A stretch of 64,000 bases of DNA from a virus. The stretch is taken from positions 22,772 through 86,771 of the IMG/VR virus record IMGVR_UViG_3300025154_000065. The stretch is one strand, 5' to 3'. Every line of letters begins with the position of its first letter. Positions within the stretch are counted from its first letter, which is position 1. The position numbers were made by a program, and so were the translations under genes. The notes under the pieces are model-generated. The model was not told the origin of the DNA. It did no database searches and saw only the letters and a list, made by a program, of their open reading frames with translations. Positions 31,754-47,218 of the stretch are shown in pieces.

Positions 31754-32593
31754 AAATATCTCCTATTTTCATTAGAGATTTCATTTATAGCATCTTTAAT
31801 TGCATCTGATAAAGACTCCATTACTATTCCTGCAATCCTATTTTTAGATAGGTGTCTTTTATGCATACGCAAATATTTAAGGAATATTGATTTAATGGCA
31901 AGATAAGATTCTTCTTGTAATTGACCCACCAATCCTCTTGATTTTTCCATAGCATCTCCTTATACTTCAATAAATTTAATTTTCTTTCCACACCAAGGAC
32001 AAAAATTAATTTCTGCCGACCAATTAGTTGAAGTAGTCTTACCTCTATTCCCTAGAACTGGAACTTCTTTATGTGCTGAAATATATACGGCATGGTTGTC
32101 AATAGCATTCTTCATCGTTTCACAACATGTTCTCATTGATGAGATGTTGTGGCCGCAGTATCTTATAATAAATTCATCTTCATCTTGATCTTGATCATCA
32201 AGATTGATATAATCATCTGTTCTTTCATGTAGAAGATGACTTTGCAATACTCTTAATCTATCAAGAATAATATTGTATAATTTCCTATAGTTTGAATTAA
32301 CATGATGCTCGGTTCTTTGTATTTCTAATTCATTGATGATTGAATCAAGATTGATATCACCATTAACTTCTTTTTTATAATTATCCTCTACTGATTTATT
32401 CAATTCAGGATCTTTTGCCCAATAAAATCTAATACTATTTCTAGCACACGTCTCAAGGAATTCCAAAAGAGTAACATCTCCAAGTATATTGGCTTTATAG
32501 AAAGAACCACCAGCTTTTTCAAAAGCCTGTCGGAGATTTTCAGTAGTCTCAATATCCTGTTCAAAAAATTTAAGTCTCATTCTGTCATCCATT

Positions 32594-32806
32594 TTATTTC
32601 TCCATTATATCAGTAAGATTAATAATAGATTCTTTCTTCTTCAATCCATTTATTGCAGTAATGATTCCACCTGCTGATATAAATACAGTAGCAATCAACA
32701 AAGCAAGAGTTCCTTCTATCTCATGAATAGCTGATTGCTACTGATAAAGGATTTGAAGTCCCCAATATACGTGTAAAGCACCCAATGCAAAGAATATGTA
32801 GCTCAT
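32594..32806 (-). pseudogene. small two-TM protein with an in-frame TAG at 32738-32740
   Basis: MSYIFFALGALHVYWGLQILYQ*QSAIHEIEGTLALLIATVFISAGG...MEK* exactly fills the intergenic gap. Confidence 0.6.
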
Positions 32807-33075
32807 TTTATATCCTTTCATATTTCTTTACAAATACTCTATTTTGTCCCAAGACATTATCATCAGTAATTTCTTTAATCTCATTCAATTCTACTAAACG
32901 ATCTACACATGCCATTAATAACCAACTATCTCCAGTAGTAGCCTTGAGAGCCTTTCCCATTGTAAAAGCACCAGCAGTTTCAAGAAGATTATGAATAAAA
33001 TCTCTTACTTTAAGGAAGACTTTTTGTCCTTCATCTGTAAATATTTCATGTTTTAATTCTTCATAATTATACATA

Positions 33076-35211
<2,136 letters not shown>

Positions 35212-36110
35212 TTATTCCAGATATTTTAATTGATCCACCTGGAATTTCTCTGACATAAACAGATCTATTCTCATCCAAATTTTTGCACTTACAAAAGGTA
35301 GAATTCATTGTCAGACTCCTTTGTTTTGATTACATTGATTGCTTCAATCTCAAAATTATTGAAATCATTTGTTTGTATTGTTAGAATCTTATGAGTCTCT
35401 TCATTGATTAATCCACCCGGATCATAATCCCATTCTGTACCACCTGGGGCATAATAAGTTCCAGTCTTTACAAAATGTATATTACTAACAAATCCTTCAA
35501 CATCAAGAAATCTTTCAACATATTCTATATAAATTTTTCTTTGCTTTCCTCCAAATCCTGCATTTTTACATTGAACATATGCAATAGCTTTTGCAATCTT
35601 CTCTTCACAAAAAGAATATAACCTAATATCTTCTTCAAATAATGAAAATTCATCTTGGATATTAAAGATATCTTTTAAAAACTTCTGTATATCTTTATGA
35701 TGATCTTTAAGGACTACCTTAGTTTGTTCTTTGAAATCCATAGGATATCCACAGCGAATAAAAACATCAGGTTTGATTATTTTTACATAATCACCTACAC
35801 GAATGATTTTAGGATCTTTTTTCTTAGACATATTATTCTCCATTAATTTGATCAAAAATAAAAACTACGGCAAATATAACAATTGCAAAAAACAGAAAGA
35901 TAATGAAAGTTACAAATAGGGAAGCAATTATTTTTATATGACATATCCAAATAAAGAGATTTGTTGAAAAAGATTTTTCAATATCAAATCTATTCCATAT
36001 CATGCTAATCATTAGCATAAGCCATGAGTATGATACGGCACCTAGATTAATAAGTTGACATACTCCAAGAGATGGATATTTATCGGACAATTCTTTAATT
36101 TTACTCATTT

Positions 36111-37010
36111 TTAAACTCCATATTTTAAAACATGGTCAATTATTAGCTCGGCGCAGATAGTCTTCCCTGCACTGGTCGAAGCTGAAATTATCATATTGCA
36201 GTCTTTATCTCTAAGGGGCATCACAAGGGACTGCACCGGATTAAACTCTAAGAATTTATATTTCCAGTCGGGATATGTTTCTGTTCTGATTCTTTCAACT
36301 TCATCTCCTGTAATTGGCTCGATTTTATCATACCTCGGCCTGTCAGACACTTCTGGAATATCTTTGCCTTCCTCTGCCTTCGATTCATTCCTTTGATCTT
36401 CATTTCCTTCCTCCTCAAATAGTTTGTCAATAAATGATTGAATAGCTTCTGGATCTTCTGCCTTTACCTTTGCTTCAAAGGTAAGATATCCCTTTGGGCT
36501 TTGTTCCCCTAGAACATAAGGAAGTTGATTATCTGTCAGGCGACCAAAGCGATTGAGGTTCTCTAGGAGAGATTGTGCAAAATTACTTCTCTTTAGAACC
36601 TTTGATTCAAGAATGGCTTTTACATAGGCCGGATCAGTTTGACTCCACATTTTTACAGTAGGTTTCTTTTTGATCTCAATGTCTTTTGTATTCTGTAAAA
36701 ACTCGTTAATCCTTTGTTGAATACGATCTTTGATAAGAGTTGCGCCTTCAACTCGATTAATCCTCTTACCTTTGCCGCAGATGTTATCATTGAGTTTATC
36801 ATAGAAACAAACTCTTATTGCGTCAGTACCAATATCCCTTGTTTGATTTGTAAATTTATCAACTGAAGAATAAATACGAACAGCCAGGTTTTCTTTATCT
36901 GTATTGATTTGGTAAATATATTCTTTGCTTCTAAAATCATTAATGACTTCAAAATCTTTCGGAAGCCATTCTTCAAATTCCTGTTTTGTTACAGTGACAA
37001 AATTTGACAT
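36111..37010 (-). CDS. protein ending in the Q-motif and Walker A of a Hel308-like helicase
   Basis: C-terminus FNPVQS...NMIISASTSAGKTICAELII. Confidence 0.8.
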   Translation of the reverse strand: MSNFVTVTKQEFEEWLPKDFEVINDFRSKEYIYQINTDKENLAVRIYSSVDKFTNQTRDIGTDAIRVCFYDKLNDNICGKGKRINRVEGATLIKDRIQQRINEFLQNTKDIEIKKKPTVKMWSQTDPAYVKAILESKVLKRSNFAQSLLENLNRFGRLTDNQLPYVLGEQSPKGYLTFEAKVKAEDPEAIQSFIDKLFEEEGNEDQRNESKAEEGKDIPEVSDRPRYDKIEPITGDEVERIRTETYPDWKYKFLEFNPVQSLVMPLRDKDCNMIISASTSAGKTICAELIIDHVLKYGV

Positions 37011-40000
37011 ATCTATTCCTTTTCTAGGTCAATTTCATCCACTAATTTAATCCAGTGATGAAAATGTTTTGATTCCTTATTTAATTTCAGAATAAATTCA
37101 TCTATTTTAGATTTATCTCCTTTTATAATAGCAAAAGGTTCAGGCCATTCTTGAATTAATGTATAATTCCTTCTCATTATAATGTATTCTGACATATCTA
37201 TTCCTCTGCTATTGTATAGGTTGAATGTGGACAATTACCTATCTTATGTTTTTTGATTGTTCCATCTTCATGCCAACAATAAACATAAGTGATATCTTCA
37301 TCACATGGTCGTGTTGTAAAATGGAAGCAAACTTCTGTATAAGCTTTTTTCTTATCACAAAAACAAATTTTATGACTATATGGATCAAAAAGTTTATTAT
37401 TGGGCGGATAGCTTATATATTTATCACCTGGATTAGTTTTGTTAAATGTAATATTCTTTTCACGGCATTTATCGTAAATTTGTAATCTTAATTCAACATA
37501 TTTTTCGTATAAAGACGGCAAATTATATCTCTTTTGAATCTCTTTTGCCATAGCCAAGGTATTTATTCTCTTGTTCATATCTATCTCCTTTTTAGCATAA
37601 AAGTGATTTTGCCATCTGAAGGAATAATATAAACTTCATAATTATCCTGTTGTGTTTCTAATATGATAATTTCTTCATACTCAGGATTTTTGTTAATCAT
37701 TCTGTCAATTAAATATTCCTTCTCATCATCAATATGTGACCAAGGAACACCTTCGATTGATTCTCTACCAATCAAACTACATTCTTCCCAACACTCCCAT
37801 TCATAAATATTCCCATCTTTGTCAACAGTAATAAAATAATTCGATCTTTCTATTAACATGTTATTCTCCTTTTGATTGTAAGTTCCATTCAATACTTCCA
37901 TACTGTCCTCCATACATAAAAATATGGAGGACAGGAGTAAATATTGATCAGATTACAAAAGTTTCTTTACCTTTCCAATTCCTTCTCATTTCTTTAAGTT
38001 GATCATTTACACATTTCAATCTATCTCCGCTCATTTTGACAAATTTAAGCTGATCCTGAAAGTCATTTTCTTCATAAAAACAATCAACTTCAAAAATACG
38101 TTGCCATACATTCTTTTTTGATCCTGTGAATAATATATCGTCTTTATTACTTAGCCATACATGTTCAGGGAAGTTGAAATATACAAGAGGAAGTTGATCT
38201 TTCTTCAATGCCATTATCTTTTTAATTCTTCTTCCTTCAACTCCGCTTGACAATACTTCTTTTCTAGTCTTTATAATAATACTCATTTTCTTCTCCTTCG
38301 ATATCTACGCTTTTTAGGTTTTGGCCTGCCAAAGAGAAACTCAAAGAATATAGTTATGATTGTAGCAAGAATCATTTTACCTCTTTTCTGACCAGAAGAG
38401 AGAGGATTGTTTAGACTTTGGCTTTGGGCTGATTATATCTCACATAAGCGTCTTTCGGAGATTTCTTATAGGCTACTGATTTGATCTTATCAATTTGTCG
38501 TGCGGTAAGACCAGCACCTACGAGAGCCGCTTCAAGCTTTGCCTTATCAACTGTTACAGACTCAGACTCAGGATAATAAGTGCAAGATCCAAGTTTATCA
38601 TCAACAATTGCATCAAATCCTTGTGCGGTAAGGAAATCAAGAAGTTCTTTGCTAACTTCTTCCTTTTCTACTTCAAGATCAATTTCAATTGTTTTGAGTT
38701 TTCCACGTTGAGTAAGAAGTTCAATAGCCTTCTTCTTCACAGAATTCTTCATATCATCCACTTTTACTTTAACCAATTCGACTTTAGCCATTGTTTTTCT
38801 CCTTCTTAGATTTTTCTGCTAGTTTTGCCTTAATAAATCTTGCAATATTGGTATTCTTTTTGAATATTGTACCATCGCAAGATACTTCGCCATTATCTTT
38901 GACTTCTACTACTAGTACAATCTTATTCTTCACAAATTATATCTCCTTTTCTGTTGCGTCTTTATACCAAAGTTCTACGAATTTAATTAGGCCGAGTTTG
39001 GGGAATGCTTTTTTGAATAGATCAAAACTTTTAACAAATGCCATCAATTCGTCATCATCCACTGTAAATATCTCTTCTTGGTCTTCTTTAACAAGTTGTT
39101 TCTTTGCATTCCTTCTTTTATCCTGGTTAAGATGTCTTTTTGAATCAACACTCATTAAATCATCCTTAGAATCTATAATCATTTCCAACGCTTCGGTATC
39201 ACTGATGACTTCTTTGATAAATGTATTTGGTGGTCGTTCTACTATCAATCCAGATACAAGAAGTAATCCTCTCACTCTACTCGGAGAGGTAAGATATTTT
39301 GATGTAAAATTACTGATATCTTTATTTAAAAATGAGTCTTTGGGCAAAGCCTTATAACATTGCCAAATCTTTTCCATCTTTCCTTTTGCTCGTGGATGCA
39401 AAGAATTGAATTTGTTTTGGTAATCTTCACTTAATCCTTCCATTACCTTTTGAAAAATTTCATTCATACTCAAACTCCTACATGGCAAGATTGGTTGTTC
39501 AGAATACGCATCAATCTTAACCTTGCATGGTTTTTTATATTTTGGTTGATATTTCTCCTCCTGGTAAACAATTCCAATACATGGATCAATTGTATTAATC
39601 GGTTCTTCAATGGTAGAAATAATTAGTGGACTTCCATTTAAATATACTCCATCAACCTTCTTTATATCCTTTCTCATTTTTTTTGTTCTCCACAAATAGG
39701 CAACACGTACACCACCCAATTATTACACCAAGCCAGAAAGCAACTAATATCCAATACATCTTCTTCTATCCTTTCTATAAAGGGTTACAAAATCATTAAC
39801 TGATTGTTCAGTTTCTCTGTAGAGAATTGTTACTTTATCTATTTCTTTCATTTTCTTAATAGCCTCATTGTCATCTTGTGCTTGAAAACATCCATAGGCT
39901 TGTTTATCGGCTTCATAAAAGTAAATCATTTTAACCCTCCCTTTGTTTATGGTATTATACAGGTGTTTTAATGTATCAATCACATAAAACCATACACGAC

Positions 40001-40419
40001 ACAACAAAGCGCACAAAGTCCTTCAGATGGTCTAAAAACGACCTTATACGCTTCGCTTTGGCGTGCTCAGATTGACATTTTGAAGTGTCCGCATGGCCAC
40101 GTTTTTGTGTCTTTATCGAATTCTCCTTTAATCATTTTGTTTTGACATAAGGCATCCTGCTAATGTAGCCTGTAAAATAGTCCCACTCATTTCTTGAGAT
40201 CTTTTTAGTCCCTCAGAAATAGATTTTCCAGTTGCTTGATTTATTTTCTTTGCATTATCTTCTATTATATTAACAAAATTTCCAAGAGTTTTGCCAACAG
40301 ATTCGTTTCCAACAACATAAAAAGAGTAAGACAATTCTTCAAGTCTTCTTGCAACATATCCCAATTCGTTAAGCGAATCATGGATATCTGTCAACCAATC
40401 TATATTTTTCTTTTCCATA

Positions 40420-41148
40420 TCACTCTCCTTTTACCGTGCGATTATATTTTGCAACCATTTTTGTAGAGAAATCCTTTACATGACAGATTTTATGTTCTTT
40501 CTTGTTTTGTGATTCATAAGACCAATCACATCCTGCAATGACATATCCATTACAATTAAGATAGATTGATTCATCCATAATACTAATTGTATCTCCATAA
40601 TGCTCAAATCTAAATTTCTCTTTCCTGTTTTCTTTTTCTCCCCATCCAGCCCTTCCTTCTCTTATAATAAAAGGTTCGTAATTATATTTTTTACTTATTC
40701 TAGGGTGAACCAAATCAGAATTACCCATCTCATATTCGGCCCATTCTTCAAGTTTATAAATATGTTTGTAGATTTGTGTCTCATGGTACTTATCATTTGA
40801 ATAACTGATATTACTTATTTCATTTTCGCTACATTGATTGTAAACATAGGTTAGAGTTTCAAGAAAAGATGGTGTGATTTTCTTTGCATTAGTGGCAATG
40901 TAAAAGTTGCTGATATCAACTCCATAATGATTTGCAGATATCATTACATTTCTGATAATGTGAGGAACAAGTGAAGGTTCACCACCTGTGAATGTTATAC
41001 AGCCAACACTATCAATCTTTGAGAAGAACTCATTTACATATTCTATCTTCATAGATTTGTTTTGCGGTTCTCCACGAAGACAATGTTTACATCTCGTATT
41101 ACATCTCCGTGTTACTTCAACAACTAATGAATCTATGTGAAGATTCAT
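40420..41148 (-). CDS. radical SAM protein
   Basis: VTRRCNTRCKHC, FTGGEP, IATN. Confidence 0.9.
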   Translation of the reverse strand: MNLHIDSLVVEVTRRCNTRCKHCLRGEPQNKSMKIEYVNEFFSKIDSVGCITFTGGEPSLVPHIIRNVMISANHYGVDISNFYIATNAKKITPSFLETLTYVYNQCSENEISNISYSNDKYHETQIYKHIYKLEEWAEYEMGNSDLVHPRISKKYNYEPFIIREGRAGWGEKENRKEKFRFEHYGDTISIMDESIYLNCNGYVIAGCDWSYESQNKKEHKICHVKDFSTKMVAKYNRTVKGE

Positions 41149-41911
41149 AATTCAAACCTCCTATAAGTATTGTTGATCCGTTAAGTGAATATCGAATTGA
41201 TTGTCTCTAAGTAGATCTGTCAATACCGCCCTAATAGATCTTCTTTTGAGACTTTTCTACGATATTTACATGGATTCTGTTCTCGATATAATTTTTTTGC
41301 TGCTAATTCTTTACTAATTATATCGGAAGCCTTTTTGATTAGATTTTTAATTTCAAAATAACTAAGAACAATACCTTTGTCATAAAAAGTTTTAATTCTT
41401 AAAAACAAAAATTCTCCTAGATCATTTTCGTCAAATGGATATCCAAAGGGCTTGTAATGTTTGACATTATATATTTTGCCTTCTTTAAATGTTATTCTTC
41501 CATAGGTAATGCCATCAAGAACAACATGGTATGAAGCATATCCATTTCCAGCTTTGCCCAATCCAAATGTTAGCTTGGAATTAGGGTATAGTGGTTTTAA
41601 AACTGTTTCAAGTTGTTTAATTGCTTCTTTAGACATCTCTATAGATTCATAATAAGTATTCATAATTCAAACCTCCTTCCAATGATAGCGATTTATAATA
41701 CGCAATGCTTGTGTATGAACTTTAATTGCTTGTTTATGGGTTTTACATTCTGCTTCAAAGTAAGGAGAAGCGGCTGGATTGCCAGAAAAACATGCTGAAC
41801 TAATTGGAGTTTTTAGTTTAAGCAATTTTTCTTCTATTTTTTCAATATCTCTCCAATCAGCTTCATAATAGATAATTACTCTGTAAATAGTTTCTATCAT
41901 AATACCCTCCC

Positions 41912-42340
41912 TTATAAATATTTTCTACATTCTGGACCAAATCCGCTCAAAACTGACTCAGGCACGGTAAGTAGTTTTGAACATTTTCCACATCTGCCAT
42001 GATGATAAACTTTTACCTTATCTGGCAATCCTCCATTGTTTATCTTCTTTACCATCCAATCGAAAACTTGGAAACTCTGAGCTTTTTCTGTTACTTGTGA
42101 TTTTGTAGTATGTTTGAACTTGCCATTGATAACGGCGCCAATATACATATAATCCTTAGTATTATCAGGACCACGCAATACATTCACAAAATACACATTC
42201 TTCGTCTCATCTTTTAGACGGACTACTCGGAATGTAAAACGATTACCAGTAGATTCATTTTTGATGGTGAATAAGGCTTTCCCACCAAAAACAAATCCTT
42301 TTATATCAGATATTTCTTTCTCCATCAAAATATCTCCCAT
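41912..42340 (-). CDS. conserved phage protein with C-terminal zinc finger
   Basis: TGNRFTFRV, GPDN..DY.YIG, CGKC..LT.PESV..GFGPEC. Confidence 0.65.
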   Translation of the reverse strand: MGDILMEKEISDIKGFVFGGKALFTIKNESTGNRFTFRVVRLKDETKNVYFVNVLRGPDNTKDYMYIGAVINGKFKHTTKSQVTEKAQSFQVFDWMVKKINNGGLPDKVKVYHHGRCGKCSKLLTVPESVLSGFGPECRKYL

Positions 42341-43354
42341 GAATAGAAGTTACCTGTCAAAAATTTATAGAATTCTTTATTCGGAAGATTTGGATATTGT
42401 TTATAAGTCTCAATTACTTGAGGAAGCATATAAATAAGATTCTTTTTAAATTGACACCTACGGACAGCAGTCAATCCAGTAGGGATATAAGTAAGAGAAT
42501 ATGTTTTTGGATTGCCATTTTCTTCCCAGGTTTTATGAATAGCCCAGTCTCCTTTTGTTTCTGCTTGGATTTCTTTATCTCCATCAGTTGTTTTAATTAC
42601 AATTATTTGTTTCTTCACCTTATTCTCCTTTCATTGGATCAATGGTTTTAACAGATCTAAATTCTACCCAATGTCTTTCATAGAAATGAAGTTTTTTGCC
42701 GTTGTAGTATTCATAATTCCTAAATCCAATTACATAACCAACTCTTTTAGAACCTTCTGGAGAATCTACATACATATTTTGACGTTTTGATTTGCCATAT
42801 TCCTCTCTTAGCCATTCTCTTGCTGCTTTAAGATCAGTGAAGTATTTTGTTACTGTATCATATCTAGTTGGAGTATCATTCTTTCCATAACCACTTGATC
42901 TTTTAGTGATATGAAGTTCTATCATCTTATTCTCCTTCAACTAAATTCTCCGATGATTAAATCCCATGTTCCTTCACCATGACCAATACAATGAATTCCA
43001 TCTATTTTATGTCTTAGTAGATTATTTGGCCCTCTTTCTGTGTATTTGTCCATGTATTCGGTCAAATCAATTCCACCTGGATGAGATCTTTCAGTTATTT
43101 CTGAAATCAACTCAGTCAGCAATATTTCTTCTCTGTATTCATTAAATATCTTTTTATCTTTTAGATAATTTATCCAATCATTAAGGTTATTCAATCCTCT
43201 TTCAGGAATTACATGAAGAGAAAAACACCATCCAGCAGATGATTTCCCTATATGAAGATCTTCATAAAGTCTTCCGCGATATTCATATAATTCTTGTTCT
43301 TCTACATAATAATTTGTACCCATTTTATTCTCCTTTGTTAATTATTTACCTCTC

Positions 43355-43411
43355 TTGATAATCCATTCCTACATACGAATATCCAACTCGCATGTAGGCA
43401 AAGATCATCAA
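43355..43411 (-). repeat. structured intergenic element, family 2 copy 1
   Basis: TTGATAATCCATTCCT-hairpin-AGGCAAA-GATCATCAA. Confidence 0.65.
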
Positions 43412-44433
43412 TAAGAATATAAATCTACCAAATCCAGACAGTGTTCATCAAGATAATCGTAAGTATACAAACCATATTTCAATGGTACGCGAACACGATT
43501 TGGATTTCGTTTCCATGTTTTAACTTTTCCATTGACCTTATATTTCTTTCCACGTCGGTCAATGACATAATCACCATATTGAAGATTCTTAGCTTGTTCT
43601 AGCGTAATCATTCTTCAATCTCCTTCCTTACATAAGCAGTCCAATGAATGTCAAATTGGCCTATATCTGTAATCACAAAGATAATTTTCCAATCCTTTGA
43701 ATCTTTTATGATCTCATCATACACTTTCTTTGGATCATCATTCTGGCCGCGATGAAATCCAATCTCATAAACCTTACAACTATCTCTTTCTTGCCAACAC
43801 ATAAATCCCAAATCATCAAGGAATGTAATGAAGTCAGAATGTAATGCTCTGTTTTTGAATCCATACTTAGTTTCAGAAAGATAATACTCAACAATATCAT
43901 CTATATTATCTTTGTAGCATTCATGACAAACCATTTCTGTGTCAGAAACCCATGCCCATGATGGACTCCATCCATAGGAATCAGGACTGGTACGAACTGC
44001 TTTCCCACAGTCATTACATCTAGCCCATTCATCAGACCATTCAAGAGACACATGTTCAAGTTTATCGATAAGGATGCTAAGTTTTGAAAGACGATTGTGC
44101 TTCAATCCACCTTCTTGGAATTCAAAACTATCTGGATTCCAGTTAGCAGCAATCACAGGTTTATCATCATACCCGTACTCTGCACATCCTGGATAATAAT
44201 CCATATCCAGATTGTGACGATCAGCATAGTCAAGAATTCTACGAACTAATTTCATCTCTTTTTTCTCTTCCATAACTATCTCCTTTCTATAAACATCATA
44301 ACAATAGATGCAATTATTAAGAAAGACCCTGCAACCAATTGTTGTAGAGGAACCGGGTTTATAATTTCAAGATAAGTCATCACGGATACAATGATAGATT
44401 CCGTTCCCATACCAAAAAGGATTTTACTCATTT

Positions 44434-44760
44434 TTATTCCTCCTTTTCTCTTTTCCTGATAAGCATTGCGCTTCCAAGGATTTCTTCACAAAGTTTGATA
44501 CCCGTATCACAAAATCCATCAGGTCAATTATCAATACGACCATATTTATTGACAGATAATATCTGATCTTTGAATTTGAATTGGATTTCAGTATGTTTGA
44601 TCTCTCCTCTCAAAATCAAAACTCTTGCTGCATCAACAGCGATAGCAGATGCTACTTTGACCTCAAAATTCAATGGACATCCTTTGATAAATCTCTGATA
44701 CATTTCAATTTCAAAATCAGAAATTACATGACCTTCTTTACAGTATTCAATTGTAATCAT
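44434..44760 (-). pseudogene. gene with an in-frame TGA at 44524-44526
   Basis: ...GRIDN*PDGFCD...KEE*; the read-through form abuts the next start. Confidence 0.6.
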
Positions 44761-44804
44761 TTCAATCTCCTTTTAATTAAAAGTTTTAAATACCTATCCT
44801 TTGT

Positions 44805-44860
44805 TTGATAATCCATTCCTGGATATGATTTCTCAATCATATCCAGGCAAAAATTATCAA
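44805..44860 (-). repeat. structured intergenic element, family 2 copy 2
   Basis: TTGATAATCCATTCCT-different hairpin-AGGCAAA-AATTATCAA. Confidence 0.65.
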
Positions 44861-45490
44861 CTCTTTATTTAAATGGACAATTCAACATATTTGCAAAAAT
44901 ATTATTACTTTCTTTTATTTCAAATCCCATTTCAAGATCAGGATCAAAATCAATATTTATTAAAACACCTTTTTTGATCATTTCAATAATTTTTGTAAAT
45001 GCTTCATGGTAAATTTTATTTCTGTCCTTCCTGCTTCTAAGAGAACGATTGAAAAGTTCTTTTTTATTTATACAATAAAGAGGACTATCATTGTCATCGT
45101 GGATTGTTATCCCAATCTCGCGATCAACACTTACAACATATCCCGCGTATTTTATTTTATTATCATTAACAATACACTCTACACCTTTGTATTCTTTCAT
45201 TTCTGTATTCATTCTTATTCTCCTTTTATTCTGCCGGCAAACAAGGAACTTTACGGATAGAATCTCTTACATACTGATAAGCTTGGGCGCACGACCACAT
45301 AGGACTTATTCTTTGACCAGATACTAAAGTATATCCATCAGGTTCTTCATTAGTTATCTTAATTCCTCCTCTTTTGAAGTAAAGATAGTAATTCTCAAAT
45401 GGATTATTACATTGGTCGATAAACCATTGTTCGACTGCATCCAAAGATATCTTATGTATCCACAATTCCATTTCTTTAAGATCCATTTTA

Positions 45491-46255
45491 TTACTCCTTT
45501 TCAAAATAGCCAATGATTTTAGATGCCGTTTTAAGGACTCTCTGACCAAATCCTTTCAATATTACAGCATTAACTTTCCATACACCTAGATATAATGCAG
45601 ACTTTTTGTTTTCTATTCCAAAGGTTCTACATACCAGAAACGATACGGCTTCAGCTTCCATTTCCATAATCTCAGGAATAGATCGAGAACCATTTTGGTG
45701 CATTTCGCAATGGGCTATCTCATGAAACAGTGTAGCACACATTGCTGTTTCATTTGGTCGTTTTGCAATATTTATCTTCTTACCATCCGTACTACCATTC
45801 TCAAGACCACCATCTTGGACATTGATAGGATAAGGACATTTATTAGCGAATGACTGAAAACTTGAGTTTCCTTTTACCATCCTACAATGTCCCATGTCAA
45901 TTGGTTCGCCATCTGTTTGAGAGATATCAAAGACCGGAACCAATTTAAATCCAGTTCTTCCAATACTCTTCTCTTCTCCATTTTCATCAACAATTTGTTT
46001 CTTCCATGTGATCGGTGCATATACATAAATTGCCCGTTCGCCCTTCTTTACATTCCTCTTCTCTTTATTCCATTTGTTATAGGACGCTAACATTGAAACA
46101 TCTTTCTTTTGTGTCAATGCTACCATCCAGTTATACATGGAATACCGATGAAATCCTCTCGACCATGAATTAACAAATTCTTCCAATCTCTCAGGATCAG
46201 AGACTATAGAATCTGCTAATTCATCAAGGTTTTGTTTGAGTATCTTCTCGTCCAT
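45491..46255 (-). CDS. ArdC-like anti-restriction protein (ssDNA-binding plus zincin domain)
   Basis: YS.YN, W...R.VKKGERAI, VFDISQT.G, HEIAH, EMEAEAVS. Confidence 0.82.
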   Translation of the reverse strand: MDEKILKQNLDELADSIVSDPERLEEFVNSWSRGFHRYSMYNWMVALTQKKDVSMLASYNKWNKEKRNVKKGERAIYVYAPITWKKQIVDENGEEKSIGRTGFKLVPVFDISQTDGEPIDMGHCRMVKGNSSFQSFANKCPYPINVQDGGLENGSTDGKKINIAKRPNETAMCATLFHEIAHCEMHQNGSRSIPEIMEMEAEAVSFLVCRTFGIENKKSALYLGVWKVNAVILKGFGQRVLKTASKIIGYFEKE

Positions 46256-46781
46256 ATCTACTCCTTTGTTTTAATCCTAATAGAAACATAATACCAAATT
46301 TCGTTATTTTCTCCCATTAACTTGGCAGGGATTTTATCCTTTTTATTAATTCCTCTAGGTCTGGAAGGAAATATTGAAGTATCCCATCCTGACATTGCTA
46401 TTTGATCTAAACAATCTTCATATGCTTCTTTTGCATTAATTCCAATTCCAGTAGAACAAAAATCATACTCTGTAAATGAAACCCCACAACCTTGAAAATA
46501 TTGACTGTGTTCGTAGCCATGATTGATAATCTCATATTTTTCAATTTTCATTTTCATAATCTACTCCTTTCTAAATAAAATCTTTCCACCACGATTTGTT
46601 ACATTGTGAAATGCACAAGATTTACACATGAAATACGATCTATCATCTTTTTTATGATAGATAACAAATGTAGCTTTATCTCCACATGGAAGATATTTTT
46701 CTTTTGAGAATATGGAAGCTTCTTCGCATAATTGATCTTTCCAGATAATTTCTTTCATCTCTCTTTTTTGTCCAATCATAT

Positions 46782-47046
46782 CTATTCCTTTTTAAATAGA
46801 AGACTGAAAGATTCTACATAATCAATGACATTCATACGTTCAGCTATTTTAATTTCAATGAAAGATTCACATTCTTCTAAGGTATCAAAACAGATTCCTT
46901 TGTAACTTTTATGCCAAAATTTTCCCTCACTTGTTTTTTTGAATACCTTTTATTGATAGAATTCTAATGTTTTCAAAATTCTTGATAAATTGCAGAGTTA
47001 CAAGACTTTTGGGACTAAGAAAATCTATCATTCTGTCTTTATTCAT
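46782..47046 (-). pseudogene. small gene frameshifted in a 7-nt homopolymer
   Basis: MNKDRM...KGIQK continues as TSEGKFWHK...KKE* if one A of the run at 46934-46940 is removed. Confidence 0.5.
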
Positions 47047-47218
47047 ATTCTTTCTCCTTTAAATTAATTATTTATAGATAGTATCCCAAGCCAACAACAA
47101 AAGTCATTAATCCAAAATTAAGACTAATGACCTTTGTCCTTGCCTCGTAACATCTATTTTAAGGCCCCTGGAAGGCCCTACAATGCGACGAACCTTCCAG
47201 GGTATGTCTCAATACCTA

